A stretch of 64,000 nucleotides of DNA from an uncultured Selenomonas sp. (GCA_902780535.1 CACZFT010000009.1:10900-74899), one strand, 5' to 3'. Shown: positions 34,671 to 44,374, numbered from the stretch's first letter. The notes: generated from the sequence alone by a model not told the origin. Numbers and translations: made by a program.

Positions 34671-35020
34671 GGCGTTTCACCTCCGATTGCGCCTACATTC
34701 TGATGCAGCGTGATGGAGAGCATTCCTATATCGTCAACGACCGTATCTACGATCGTATTCTCTCCGTCGAGCAAAAAAGTGTTCCCCTCCCGTGGTACTT
34801 CGGGGAGACTATCTTTTGCTACATGGACGATGATTACACGACCAGAGATGCCGTCGAAACGATTGTTCGGCTCTTTTTGCGTAAACTGCTCCCTTGCCGT
34901 CGGGCTCTGTACAACGCAGCGGCATTTCGCGCCGTTCAGGTCATGCGTTTCGGCAAATTCACCGCCGTTGAGAAATACCTGCTGCATGTCCCGCGCGATC
35001 TGCTCCCCAAATGCGCTCAT
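34661..35020 (-). CDS. head-tail adaptor/head closure protein (tentative)
   Basis: 119 aa. Assigned from its position after the capsid genes. Confidence 0.45.
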   Translation of the reverse strand: MSAFGEQIARDMQQVFLNGGEFAETHDLNGAKCRCVVQSPTAREQFTQKEPNNRFDGISGRVIIVHVAKDSLPEVPREGNTFLLDGENTIVDTVVDDIGMLSITLHQNVGAIGGETPWP

Positions 35021-35262
35021 TTTTTACTTCCTCTTTTTATCGCAGCCGCCGGGTTTGCATCCGGCAGCGTCATCTCGTCAGACGGTGTATCTTCTACAGT
35101 CGCTGCCTCTACCGCCGTCGGCTGTGCGTTCTCTCCGGCAGCTGCGACGACGCCCTCAGATAACAGACGCGCCGCCTCTGTTTTTTCCATATCGAGGACA
35201 GCCCCCTGGCCGTATACTTTGCGGTTGAATCCGACGTATCCCTTTATGACCGTCACTTTCAT
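35017..35262 (-). CDS. hypothetical phage protein
   Basis: 81-aa ORF downstream of the major capsid gene. Confidence 0.4.
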   Translation of the reverse strand: MKVTVIKGYVGFNRKVYGQGAVLDMEKTEAARLLSEGVVAAAGENAQPTAVEAATVEDTPSDEMTLPDANPAAAIKRGSKK

Positions 35263-35277
35263 TGCTCGTCACCTCGA

Positions 35278-36327
35278 TCATTTTGCCTTGATATAGGCCC
35301 AGTCTTCTGCCGTCTCCGGCGCGAGGATGAAGCGAGAGTACATCGTGACAGCCGCCTGATTGTTGCCCTTGTCCGTGCTGTACTGTGGCACCATTGGCGC
35401 GTCGAAACTCTGGAACGTGCCGTCATCTTGTACCAGATCGATGGATCCATGGAGCTGGCGTCCGCGCCCCGGGATACCGACGACGACATCGTTCTCGCCG
35501 ATGAACGGCGTCACTTTGCCGCTGTCGTCGAGATACGTCTCCGTATACTGGTAAATCTCGAGGTTGAGGCTCTGGATGATGCCGATGCGCATGATCTGCG
35601 GCTGCGTGTAGCGCGGTGCAAAGCTCATCATCGAGAGGTTTGCCGCGTTCGGCACCATAAGCCATTTGGAGATTTCGTCGTTGTTGATGAGATATTCGGC
35701 GATGTTCTTGCCGACGACGGCCACCGTCGGGATCATGCCTGCATGTTCCTGAATCAGCTCGCTGGCGTTTTTGATGTCGCTGTAAATCGTAGCCCCCGCC
35801 TGATCCCAGGTCTTCGTCGGCGTGATTTTCTGCGTCCAGTCAAACGATACTTCATCCGTGCGGACAGTATGCCCGTCGTCCGCATAGCCGTCAATCGTGT
35901 ATTTGCCGGTCGTCAGGATCGACGCTGCAATCTGGTTCTTGCGGTTCATAATCATGTCACGCAGGTCTACGAGATCCTGCGCCTGCAGCTGATTCGCGCG
36001 CTCGGCGGCGTGGCGTCCGGGCTGGATATTCTCGCCGAAGGCACGCTGACGGATATCGTCAGCCGTCAAGATGCGGCGGGGCGCTACTTCCGGCGGCTGG
36101 TAAAAGTGCAGCTCCGATCCTTCACGCGCGACGTTGACGCCATGCGCGCCTTTCACGATGTATGGTGCCAGACGGCGGCCATTTTTACGATACTCTACGG
36201 CGATCAGCGCCGATGGCGACGTTGCCGGGATCTGCGGGAAAAAGATGTCAACCAAGAGAGACGCCGGCTTCTTGATGCGTTCGACAGCCGTGATGAGGCT
36301 GAGAGTGTCATTGAGTTCGATAGGCAT
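35278..36327 (-). CDS. major capsid protein, lambda gpE family
   Basis: 349 aa. N-terminus MPIELNDTLSLITAVERIKKPASLLVDIFFPQ... is typical of the gpE-type capsid family. Confidence 0.85.
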   Translation of the reverse strand: MPIELNDTLSLITAVERIKKPASLLVDIFFPQIPATSPSALIAVEYRKNGRRLAPYIVKGAHGVNVAREGSELHFYQPPEVAPRRILTADDIRQRAFGENIQPGRHAAERANQLQAQDLVDLRDMIMNRKNQIAASILTTGKYTIDGYADDGHTVRTDEVSFDWTQKITPTKTWDQAGATIYSDIKNASELIQEHAGMIPTVAVVGKNIAEYLINNDEISKWLMVPNAANLSMMSFAPRYTQPQIMRIGIIQSLNLEIYQYTETYLDDSGKVTPFIGENDVVVGIPGRGRQLHGSIDLVQDDGTFQSFDAPMVPQYSTDKGNNQAAVTMYSRFILAPETAEDWAYIKAK

Positions 36328-36330
36328 AGA

Positions 36331-36678
36331 TTAGCCCTCCTTTTCCGTCGTGAGATAGATGCCGTTTTTGCGGAGTTCCGCTTCGTGCGCTTCCACCGTG
36401 TCGCCATCTGCGGCGATGAGCGCGTTGCGGTTAAACCGCCCGCGGATATATACCGTGACCACCATGTCTTCGCTTGCGTTGTAATCCTCCGCCGCGATGG
36501 CCACAGCTTCGCCCGCTTTCGCCGTGGCGCTGTACTTGCCAGAGGCCACGCTCAGGAGCGTTCCTTTTTTGACATTCTGTCCGCCCGCAAGCGTGACATT
36601 CTGCGTCAACGTCTCAACCTCCGGGCCGCCGAGCAGGTGTTTGTAGCTCGTTCCCTTTTCAGTCGTTGCATAAGCCAT
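36331..36678 (-). CDS. head decoration protein (gpD-like)
   Basis: 115 aa, directly upstream of the capsid gene. Pattern ...VAIAAEDYNASEDMVVTVYIRGRFNRNAL. Confidence 0.7.
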   Translation of the reverse strand: MAYATTEKGTSYKHLLGGPEVETLTQNVTLAGGQNVKKGTLLSVASGKYSATAKAGEAVAIAAEDYNASEDMVVTVYIRGRFNRNALIAADGDTVEAHEAELRKNGIYLTTEKEG

Positions 36679-36690
36679 ATTTTCTCCTCC

Positions 36691-37809
36691 TCACTTTCCA
36701 TTGGCGCAGGCTACGACTGCATCGATGCCTGCCTGCTTGCTCACGTCTTTGTCCTCTGGCACCGCCGCCCGCACGCCCGCGGCTCCAGACTCCATATTGT
36801 CCTTAATGAGGTCTTTGATAGCCCGGACCGCCTTGCCGCTCTCCCGGTTCTCTTCATCCTGTGCGCGGGCGATGTCGAGGAACGGCTTGAGCTGCTCCGC
36901 AGACGTTCCGTTCCGCTTCGCCTCGTCAACCATCTTGGAGATGGCCCCACCTCTGTGATCGTCCAGTGCATCAAGTGCCAGCATGCGCTCGCGCTCCTGA
37001 CTGATTCCGTCCGCTGCCTGCATCGGTTTCGCCTCTCCCTGTTCCGGCTTCGGAGCTTCCTCTCTGACGTTGAGCAGGTTCTTAATTTTCTCGAGCAAAT
37101 CTCTTTCCATTCTCTTCCCGTCCTTTCTTCCTGCGTTGTTTGCAAAGTTCTTCTGCAGCAGTCCCGTGAGCTGCGCCGCATTCTTGTAGTTCCCCAGGTC
37201 GCATGCAACTGAGTTTACAATCAGGCGTCCTCTCTCAAGGCGGTTCGTGACAATCTCTTTCTCGTCGATTTCGTCAACAAAACCGTACTTCCTCGCTTCG
37301 TCCGCTGTCATCCACGTTTCCGCGTCCATCATCTCGCAAAGCTCCTGTTCAGAGAGGGACGAGCGCGATGCATAGGTGTTGATAATGGTCTGCTTGATGA
37401 TGTCGAGCTGGTCGGCACACTCGCGCATGCCGTCCGCGTCATACCCGCCGCACGCGAACATAGCAGGGTTGTGGATCATGTAGAGCGCATTCCTCGGCAT
37501 GATGACTTTGCTGCCCACGCATGCAACAATAGTCGCCGCCGACGCTGCCAGACCGTCGATCCGGACGGTGACGTCTCCAGCGTACGTCCTGAGCTGATTG
37601 TAGATAGCCGTGGCGGCAAAGACGTCGCCGCCGCCGCTGTTGATGCGCACGCAGAGGCTTTTCCCGCCGAGCGCTTCCAGTTCATCGTGCAGCTGCTTCG
37701 GCGTCACCTCGTCGCCCTGCCACGTCTCGTCGGAGATTGTTCCGTAGATCAGCAGTTCCGCTTCCTCAGCTGATCCAGCTTCGTTGCGGATTTTCCAACA
37801 TTTTTTCAT
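36691..37809 (-). CDS. ClpP/S49-like prohead protease with C-terminal scaffold region
   Basis: Start at MKKCWKIRNEAG (37809). INSGGGDVFAATAIYN...MIHNP pattern of Clp-type head maturation proteases. Confidence 0.8.
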   Translation of the reverse strand: MKKCWKIRNEAGSAEEAELLIYGTISDETWQGDEVTPKQLHDELEALGGKSLCVRINSGGGDVFAATAIYNQLRTYAGDVTVRIDGLAASAATIVACVGSKVIMPRNALYMIHNPAMFACGGYDADGMRECADQLDIIKQTIINTYASRSSLSEQELCEMMDAETWMTADEARKYGFVDEIDEKEIVTNRLERGRLIVNSVACDLGNYKNAAQLTGLLQKNFANNAGRKDGKRMERDLLEKIKNLLNVREEAPKPEQGEAKPMQAADGISQERERMLALDALDDHRGGAISKMVDEAKRNGTSAEQLKPFLDIARAQDEENRESGKAVRAIKDLIKDNMESGAAGVRAAVPEDKDVSKQAGIDAVVACANGK

Positions 37810-39451
37810 TCCTTTCGCTATCTCCTTTCCCTTCGTCCTCCCCTTCAGTGCCCGAAGGCCTCGGAGCGGGCGAGGTACTTTCCTGTTCGGTGATACCGAG
37901 CTCCTCCATCTTATCTTTTTCATAGGCGAGTTGTGCGAGGTTGTCCTCGTAGTCACTCCCTGTCATCTCTGCCGCCTCCCTCTCGCGCGTGGAGAGTCCG
38001 TAGAGGACGCGGAGGTGTGAGCCGGTGACATCCTTCATGGGATCGAGGATGGACATCGCAGGGCCGAACCACTCCGCATTGCACCATGCGTTGCGGATGA
38101 GCGGGTCGTCGAAAAATCCCGGCGCGTCAATCCTCCCTGTCGCCACGGCCTCCGTCAGCCACGCCTCGTAGACCGGCTGGCAGAAGTCACGCGAGAACCA
38201 CACGCGGCGAGCCTTGAACTCATCCCACGCCTGCAATAGCGCGGCACGGCTCGCGCTATACGAGGAGGTAAACGCCTTGGTCAGCACCTCGCTCGGGATA
38301 TTGAGCGCCGCGCCGACCTGTTTGATGAGCTCGTCGAGGAACGGCTTAAACGTGCTCTGCGCGTTGCTCGCATCGACCGCCTTGACATCAACGCCTTTCG
38401 GCAGTGCGTTGAGTGTTCCCGCGCCGAGCGCATACTCGCCGACATCGACGATCGGGGCTTTCTCGCCTTCTGCTTCGCTTCCCTCATAACTCCCGTACGG
38501 ACTTCCCAAGACATCGCCGACGTCCATATTCGTTGCGTTCTGTGTGAAGAAGAGCGAGAAAAACGTCTTGACGATGGCGGACGCAAGCTCTGCCGTCGTG
38601 TACCTCGACACTTGCTTGAGCGTCTCGATAACCGGCGCGAGGTAGGGCACACCGCGGAACTGGTCCGCCCGCACGTCGTGACAGATCTGCAGGATGTTCG
38701 GCATGCCCGTCCTGGCCCCGAACGCCTCCACGCGCTGCCATTCGACGATGCCATCGACGTCGATGCGGTCAAATGGCACCTTGTTGCTCACCCAATACGC
38801 CGCGACAGCGCCATCGTCGTTGACCTCCACGCCGGACACAATGCGGTTCCCGTTGCTCGTATTGCGCATTTCAACAGATGAGAGCCCGTACGGCGCCGTG
38901 TTCCCCGAGAGCAGCGGATTGCTTACGCGGTTCGCCTCCAGCACCTGCAGCCGCAGAGAGTACGGCATCCACGCTGTCGGTTTCTGACGGCGGAAGAGCG
39001 TGAAGGCGTCCCCGTCTGTCAGATATGCCGTATAGGCGATGTACTGCAAGTCGTAAAAATTATTACGGCGATAGATATCGCAGTCTTTCGACGATGCCCA
39101 CATCTCAAATTCCTGCCGTACCCGGCGGCTCCACTCCCGCCCCTCGTCCGGCGAGATGCCAAGGATGCGGCATTTGAGCCGCGGGAAGAGTGTCAGCCCT
39201 GTCCCCACGGCGTTGAGTGTGCTGGTGCCGATGGCCGCCGCGCCGATGGGCGTATTGATGGCCTCATCGCTTGCGCGGTTTCTCAAAGTCAAGAGATTGC
39301 GGTCGATATCGCTTTTCGATGACAGCTTGATGGGGAACCACGACTTCAAGATATTCGATTGCAGGTTTGCTCCGCCGCCCGAATATCCGCTGTTTTCTAT
39401 CCGTTTGCGCGTCCGCCCGCTCGGCGCCGCCCGGTTTCGTTTTCTGCTCAA
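37766..39451 (-). CDS. portal protein, lambda family
   Basis: 561 aa. Position and pattern match lambda gpB-type portals. Confidence 0.85.
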   Translation of the reverse strand: MSRKRNRAAPSGRTRKRIENSGYSGGGANLQSNILKSWFPIKLSSKSDIDRNLLTLRNRASDEAINTPIGAAAIGTSTLNAVGTGLTLFPRLKCRILGISPDEGREWSRRVRQEFEMWASSKDCDIYRRNNFYDLQYIAYTAYLTDGDAFTLFRRQKPTAWMPYSLRLQVLEANRVSNPLLSGNTAPYGLSSVEMRNTSNGNRIVSGVEVNDDGAVAAYWVSNKVPFDRIDVDGIVEWQRVEAFGARTGMPNILQICHDVRADQFRGVPYLAPVIETLKQVSRYTTAELASAIVKTFFSLFFTQNATNMDVGDVLGSPYGSYEGSEAEGEKAPIVDVGEYALGAGTLNALPKGVDVKAVDASNAQSTFKPFLDELIKQVGAALNIPSEVLTKAFTSSYSASRAALLQAWDEFKARRVWFSRDFCQPVYEAWLTEAVATGRIDAPGFFDDPLIRNAWCNAEWFGPAMSILDPMKDVTGSHLRVLYGLSTREREAAEMTGSDYEDNLAQLAYEKDKMEELGITEQESTSPAPRPSGTEGEDEGKGDSERNEKMLENPQRSWIS

Positions 39452-39466
39452 TTCCTCACCTCCTCT

Positions 39467-39685
39467 CTAGTCCATGAACACAACACGTTTCGCCATGCGT
39501 CGCGTGTTTGTCTCTCCGTCTATGACAGCACCGCCCGCGATCAGGTCGTCAATGGCCGCCCTGATTTCGGACAAGTTCGCCCGCGTCAGCTGTCGATTGC
39601 CGATTGTGTAGCTCTGCCCCATCAAAACGGCCTTTTCCGCCTCGAGATACATGCAGAGGCGCTTGTTTTGTATACTGCTCGTCAT
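39467..39685 (-). CDS. head-tail joining protein gpW-like
   Basis: 72 aa between terminase and portal. CMYLEAEKAVLMGQSYTIGNRQLTRANLSEI pattern of gpW. Confidence 0.65.
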   Translation of the reverse strand: MTSSIQNKRLCMYLEAEKAVLMGQSYTIGNRQLTRANLSEIRAAIDDLIAGGAVIDGETNTRRMAKRVVFMD

Positions 39686-39694
39686 GAAACCACC

Positions 39695-41641
39695 TCACCA
39701 AATATCCTGCCGGCGCGAAGTTCGTGCAATTCTGCCGCGCGGCCTGTTTCCTGCGTGCGCCGAACCGCCCGCCCCAATCTCTGGCGCTTCTGCCGAAGGC
39801 GCTATGAGAGTCTGTATCTTCTCCCAATCCGGATGGCAAGATTGCATGGCCGCGAGATTGTAAACACGCAAATCAAGCGGCTCATTGCGGATGGTTTTGT
39901 CGATTTGCTCCCATACCTCTCGAATCTGCCCGCCGCGCTTGACGATCTTCTTCTGCTCGGCAATGATGCCCTTGAAATAGAGCTGATCGTACCCGCGTAC
40001 TGGCATTGCCTTGTCCCCGTCCAGGGGAAAGTGGAAATAGCGCGGGCCTTTTTCCTCGATGGCGAGGCGATTCATCACCATCTGTTTGCCATCGTCAACG
40101 CCGAGCATGACGAGCGGGAGCTTCGTGCCGTGCGCCCGCCCGATTTTGTAGTTGAGCGGGATCCCGGGGCCGCCCATGCCCTTGATGGGGAAACGCTGTT
40201 TCCCCGCGTTTTTTTCGCAGTATTTGTAGATTGCGCCCGTATAATGACCGCCCGAGTCGATAAATGTCCGCATAATTTTGAGTCCTACGCCGTTTTTGAA
40301 CAGGTATGTCCTGTCCAAAACGTCGTCAAGCTCCCGCCAGGTGGCCGCTTTATCCGGTTCGCCGAGAATCACACCCTTGTTGATGCCCCAGCACTCCTCA
40401 TCAGCGCCCCAGCCGCACACCTCATACTCGAAACGATTGTCCTGCGTATCGACGGCAGCCGTCAGCATGAGTACGCCGTCCGGCAGCTCTGCTCCGTACT
40501 GCTCCCGCCGCCGGAGGAAGATATTTTCATCCTCGAACGCGCCAAGCTGGCGATACGAGAGGCCGAAGCGCGTATTCATTACGACCTTCTCGCGCTCAGG
40601 ATCCCCCTTCGCCTCGTACCACTCCTTCATGATGGACGGCCACTCGAGCCAAGGCGAGGAGAACGCGTTGACGTAAAACGACCGGATGCCATTTTCTATG
40701 GCGCGCGGATTCTGCGCCACGTATTTCTGTGGCGCGTCCTTCACCTCGCGCTCGCTGAAATCATGGCCACAGTCCGGGCAACGCCAGCGCACGCTCTTGA
40801 CGAGTATCGTCAGGTGGCCGGACGGGCTCTTTACCTCTTGGTAATCGTCGTTCGGCACATACATGTCGAGGTAACTCAGCACATGGTACTCGCCACAGGA
40901 CGGGCAGCGATACTGCCACTCTTCCTGCGTGCCTGCCATGTACTCGGCATCTATGCGGCTCGTTCCCTCGTTCGTCGGCGTCGAAAACAGCCCCATGACG
41001 CGATTCCAGAACGTCGTCATGCGCTTCGCCGCGAGATCAACCGGATCGCCCTCCGTCCCCGCAGAATCCGGGAAACGATCGACCTCGTCGGCAAGCAGCA
41101 CGCGCACCGGACGCGAAGCAAGCCCCGCCGGACTATTCGCGCCACACATGATCAACCGCCCGCCAGGGAAAATCTTCGAGAGGATCGTGTTGTTGCCGTC
41201 TCGCGTCTTTGCAGTTCCGCTGCCGTCTTCGGTTTTGACGTTGTAAAACAGTCTGTTCAACGCGGTCGTATCGCGCAGCATCGGCGAAATTCGCGATTTT
41301 GAGTAGTCCTGCGCCATTTCGATGGTCGGCTGGATCATCATGATAGGGCACGGATCGAGGTGTGCAAAGCGCCCGATCACATTGTTCATGATGTCCGATT
41401 TGCCGATCTGAGCTGCGGACTTTACGACGACACGGCTTACACCGGGAGCCGTGAAAGCCTCCATGATCGCACGCTGATACGGCGCACGGTCTGTGCGCCA
41501 TCGCCCCGGCTCCGCCGAGCCGTTTGAGATGATGCGATATGTGTCCGCCCACTCCACGACCGATGTCTTCGGTAGCGGCTTGAAGCCGCGTATCGAGGTA
41601 TAGCGGTTGAGTTCACTCGCTGTCTTCATCTTCCGCCGCAC
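39695..41641 (-). CDS. terminase large subunit, GpA family
   Basis: 648 aa. VEWADTYRIISNGSAEPGRWRTDRAPYQRAIMEAF and Walker-like motifs of lambda gpA-type terminases. Confidence 0.9.
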   Translation of the reverse strand: MRRKMKTASELNRYTSIRGFKPLPKTSVVEWADTYRIISNGSAEPGRWRTDRAPYQRAIMEAFTAPGVSRVVVKSAAQIGKSDIMNNVIGRFAHLDPCPIMMIQPTIEMAQDYSKSRISPMLRDTTALNRLFYNVKTEDGSGTAKTRDGNNTILSKIFPGGRLIMCGANSPAGLASRPVRVLLADEVDRFPDSAGTEGDPVDLAAKRMTTFWNRVMGLFSTPTNEGTSRIDAEYMAGTQEEWQYRCPSCGEYHVLSYLDMYVPNDDYQEVKSPSGHLTILVKSVRWRCPDCGHDFSEREVKDAPQKYVAQNPRAIENGIRSFYVNAFSSPWLEWPSIMKEWYEAKGDPEREKVVMNTRFGLSYRQLGAFEDENIFLRRREQYGAELPDGVLMLTAAVDTQDNRFEYEVCGWGADEECWGINKGVILGEPDKAATWRELDDVLDRTYLFKNGVGLKIMRTFIDSGGHYTGAIYKYCEKNAGKQRFPIKGMGGPGIPLNYKIGRAHGTKLPLVMLGVDDGKQMVMNRLAIEEKGPRYFHFPLDGDKAMPVRGYDQLYFKGIIAEQKKIVKRGGQIREVWEQIDKTIRNEPLDLRVYNLAAMQSCHPDWEKIQTLIAPSAEAPEIGAGGSAHAGNRPRGRIARTSRRQDIW

Positions 41642-42140
41642 CCTCGATTTCCTCCTGTGTGAAGATGTCTGGCGAATACTCCGCGAGCTCCTCGAGCTTC
41701 TCCTCGATTTCCCGCGTCATGACGGCGTATATTTCCTCTTTTTTCTTGCCCTCGAGCTGCGGAGCCAGCTTCGACGGCATGCCGAGGAGCTGTGTCCGCA
41801 GGTTCGAGTACTGCTCCGTCATGACAAACTCTACTGTACGGGCATCGTATACGCTGTGCTCCATCTTTGCCAAGCGCAGCTCAGCGATCTCGCGCTTCGT
41901 CTTCTCATGCTTCGCTTTCTCCTCCATGTAATCGATATCTTCTCCGTCCGCCCCCGACTTGCTCTTGAAATAGTTGATCAGACTGGCGACGAGATAGACG
42001 CCTCCGCTCGGTGACTCATCATCCTTGATGACAATCCCATCTTTGATGAGCTGACTCACACGCGGCTGCGTCACGCCAATGCAGCCCGCAAACGCCCGCT
42101 GTGTGACTGTGATGTTTTTCGGATTTCCGGAAACCTTCAT
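41613..42140 (-). CDS. terminase small subunit (Nu1-like wHTH)
   Basis: 175 aa. N-terminal HTH (TQRAFAGCIGVTQPRVSQLIKDG), coiled middle, acidic tail. Overlaps the terminase large subunit start. Confidence 0.65.
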   Translation of the reverse strand: MKVSGNPKNITVTQRAFAGCIGVTQPRVSQLIKDGIVIKDDESPSGGVYLVASLINYFKSKSGADGEDIDYMEEKAKHEKTKREIAELRLAKMEHSVYDARTVEFVMTEQYSNLRTQLLGMPSKLAPQLEGKKKEEIYAVMTREIEEKLEELAEYSPDIFTQEEIEGAAEDEDSE

Positions 42141-42358
42141 CGTGCGTTTTCACCTCCTCCCGCTTATCAAAAAATCAGCTTTTCTCCATCGCCGCTAAAT
42201 TGTTTGTTGTCTTTTGTGACCGGACGTGTCAAACAATAAATAAGCGCTAAAAAAAACTCATATCTAGACAATTTTCGGGGCCTCGGAGCCCGCGGGCGCT
42301 TCATTCCTCGCCGGAAGAACCTATAATATCCACTCCATGCGCACATATTGCAATGCGA

Positions 42359-42404
42359 CGCACGAAGAACATACTATGCACTTTGCACGCATGTTCTTCG
42401 TGCG
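42359..42404. repeat. perfect 14-bp inverted repeat (CGCACGAAGAACAT / ATGTTCTTCGTGCG) with 18-nt loop
   Basis: Read directly. Lies between the late-regulator region and the packaging genes, abutting the stop of the 47-aa ORF. Confidence 0.7.
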
Positions 42405-42406
42405 CA

Positions 42407-42550
42407 CTACGAATCACGTTTCCGGTGATGGTATGGCTCGCGGCCGCGCATGAGGTCGATGTAGGTCATGTGCCGCTCACTCCGGCAGCGCCGCCCGACG
42501 CGATCCTCGTTGTATTTGCATCTCTCGTTGTCGCAATGTACTGCTGTCAT
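42407..42550 (-). CDS. 47-aa Cys-rich small protein
   Basis: Below track cutoff. Translation MTAVHCDNERCKYNEDRVGRRCRSERHMTYIDLMRGREPYHHRKRDS. RBS is GAAGGA. Confidence 0.35.
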   Translation of the reverse strand: MTAVHCDNERCKYNEDRVGRRCRSERHMTYIDLMRGREPYHHRKRDS

Positions 42551-42574
42551 TCCTTCGCCTCGATTCTGCGTACA

Positions 42575-42608
42575 GAAAAGCCCCGGCGCGTCTGCGTCGA
42601 GGCTTTTC
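42575..42608 (-). terminator. hairpin terminator candidate after the late-regulator gene
   Basis: GAAAAGCC ... GGCTTTTC 8-bp stem. On the minus strand it is followed by TTTTCTGT. Confidence 0.4.
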
Positions 42609-42703
42609 CGCTCTATGTGTAAAGGGATTTCTCTGTCTCCCGGTTGCCCGGGCTTGCTCTTTTATTATCGTACTACGGTTTTACGGCCTTGAACTACAGT
42701 AGT

Positions 42704-43195
42704 TCAAAAAAATTTACAGCCGCGCTTGTATGCGATGAGCCGCGTGAGGTCCAGTATCTCGTCCCACCACGTGTAGAGCGTCGTGTCGCTCGGACAGAAA
42801 CGCTCCTCCGTCCCGCCGTATCTTGCGGCCATTGCCCGCGCGTAGCGGTATCGGACGTAGTTCGCCCAGTTGATGACGTTCGTCTTTCTGTGAGCTTCAC
42901 GCCGGAGCGAGAGAAACAGTAGCTTTTTCTCCGACAACGTGCTCTGCATCGCCTCGACGGCCAACAGCCATTTCTCGGCTTCGTCCAGGTCCTCCGTCCG
43001 GACAACCTTCCATTCCGTCTGCGATCCACTCCCCGCCGGGCGTTTCAGCCCTGCCGGTCCTGGCAGCTGGTCGCGGATGTACTTGATGTTCTCGTAGTAC
43101 TCCTTCTTCCGGCTCGCGTAGTTGAGCACCCAGAGTTTCACCGTTTCTTTGTCTCGCGCGAGTTCCGCGCAAATATCCTCGTCCTTCTCCGCCAT
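42704..43195 (-). CDS. putative late-gene transcriptional activator (RinA/ArpU-like position)
   Basis: Start at MAEKDEDI (43195; GGAGG 8 nt upstream). 163 aa, immediately upstream of the packaging module. Assignment is positional and compositional only. Confidence 0.4.
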   Translation of the reverse strand: MAEKDEDICAELARDKETVKLWVLNYASRKKEYYENIKYIRDQLPGPAGLKRPAGSGSQTEWKVVRTEDLDEAEKWLLAVEAMQSTLSEKKLLFLSLRREAHRKTNVINWANYVRYRYARAMAARYGGTEERFCPSDTTLYTWWDEILDLTRLIAYKRGCKFF

Positions 43196-43218
43196 GTGTG
43201 CGCCTCCTGTCTTTCCGC

Positions 43219-43425
43219 TCAGTCCATTCCTTCCCGCCCGTCTGCTTCCTTCGCCCAGCGGAACGTCCGGTGCATGCCGCTTTCGTCCAGCTGATGGTTG
43301 CAATAGTTTCTCACTGTGTCCCGGCCATAGAGATTCCTTGCCGCAGCGTCTTTGAGCGTTGCATATTGCTTGACGATAGCTCCGCTCTGGATGTCGACGA
43401 CGGCTATTCCTTTGCTGCTACTCAT
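43219..43425 (-). CDS. small DNA-binding-like protein
   Basis: 68 aa. The ...VKQYATLKDAAARNLYGRDTVRNYC... segment resembles NUMOD/IENR-type helix motifs. Confidence 0.4.
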   Translation of the reverse strand: MSSSKGIAVVDIQSGAIVKQYATLKDAAARNLYGRDTVRNYCNHQLDESGMHRTFRWAKEADGREGMD

Positions 43426-43604
43426 TTGTCTCCACCTCTAAGTTTTCGGCATTCCACCTGCTCTATGTATCCGCTGTCAATCCATGCTTGCGCGAGGACG
43501 TCGCCGCTCTTGATGGTATGTCCGCAGACGGTTGCGGCTTTTCCGGCGATAGATGCGTCCCGCGCAACTCTCGCGGCTTTTTCTGTCCAGACGTATATGC
43601 TCAT
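43422..43604 (-). CDS. hypothetical protein
   Basis: Start at MSIYVW. ATGA overlap with the Rep gene stop. Confidence 0.4.
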   Translation of the reverse strand: MSIYVWTEKAARVARDASIAGKAATVCGHTIKSGDVLAQAWIDSGYIEQVECRKLRGGDK

Positions 43605-44374
43605 GTTCTTATGCTCCTCTCTTTCTTTCCTCGCGGCTCTCCCCACGCAATCCGTTCGTACACAGCCACTTGCAGGGGATAGCCTTCCTCCGTTCGCCCG
43701 CAGTACGAGAGCGGCTTGATGACGGCATAGCCCGGCAGCGGGATGATCTCGTCGCGGTACGTTTCCGCCCGCGTGACGCAGGTCTTTTTCGGCTCGCGCC
43801 GGATGAGATTGCGGCTCGGCATGACGCGCCCGCTGCCGGTTTCCGCGTCAACGTCTTCTTTTGTGAAGTATTCCATGAGTTTTTTGGCATCCATCATGCC
43901 GCCCTGGTAGATCTCGATGCGCACTTTCCCCTCCGGCCATGCGGCTTGTACTTTCTGCATCTCCTCCACGGAGAGCGCCGGGATGAGGATGTGAGCATGA
44001 GGACGTCCTTTGCTCTTGAGGTTTTCCAGTACGGAGATATACTTGAGTTCCTTCCCGCCGCGATGGAAGATTCTCCGCAGCCTCTTCTTGAATGCCTCGA
44101 AGTCCTTTTTCACCTGCTCGGGCCCTGCCGGTTTCTCGGCGTAGGTCAGCGTGAGGTAGCTGTCCCCTGCCGCGAAGTTGTCCAGGCAGAGACGCGTGAA
44201 CTTCTCTGCGCGGTATTTCTTGTTGATCTTCTCCTGGGAGAGCGGCGTCTCTTTCTGCCGCGGCGCTCTCTTTTCTTTCTGCTTCGGGCTCAGGGGCATT
44301 GCTCGAAGGGAGTGGTACTTCTTCTCGATGATGTATCTCCCGTCCAGGGATCCCCATCTTGATCTCATATACAT
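43601..44374 (-). CDS. HUH-superfamily rolling-circle replication initiator-like protein
   Basis: 257 aa. Motif I YLTLTY, motif II GRPHAHILI (HUH), motif III MEYFTKE (YxxK), in canonical order and spacing. Confidence 0.6.
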   Translation of the reverse strand: MYMRSRWGSLDGRYIIEKKYHSLRAMPLSPKQKEKRAPRQKETPLSQEKINKKYRAEKFTRLCLDNFAAGDSYLTLTYAEKPAGPEQVKKDFEAFKKRLRRIFHRGGKELKYISVLENLKSKGRPHAHILIPALSVEEMQKVQAAWPEGKVRIEIYQGGMMDAKKLMEYFTKEDVDAETGSGRVMPSRNLIRREPKKTCVTRAETYRDEIIPLPGYAVIKPLSYCGRTEEGYPLQVAVYERIAWGEPRGKKERSIRT

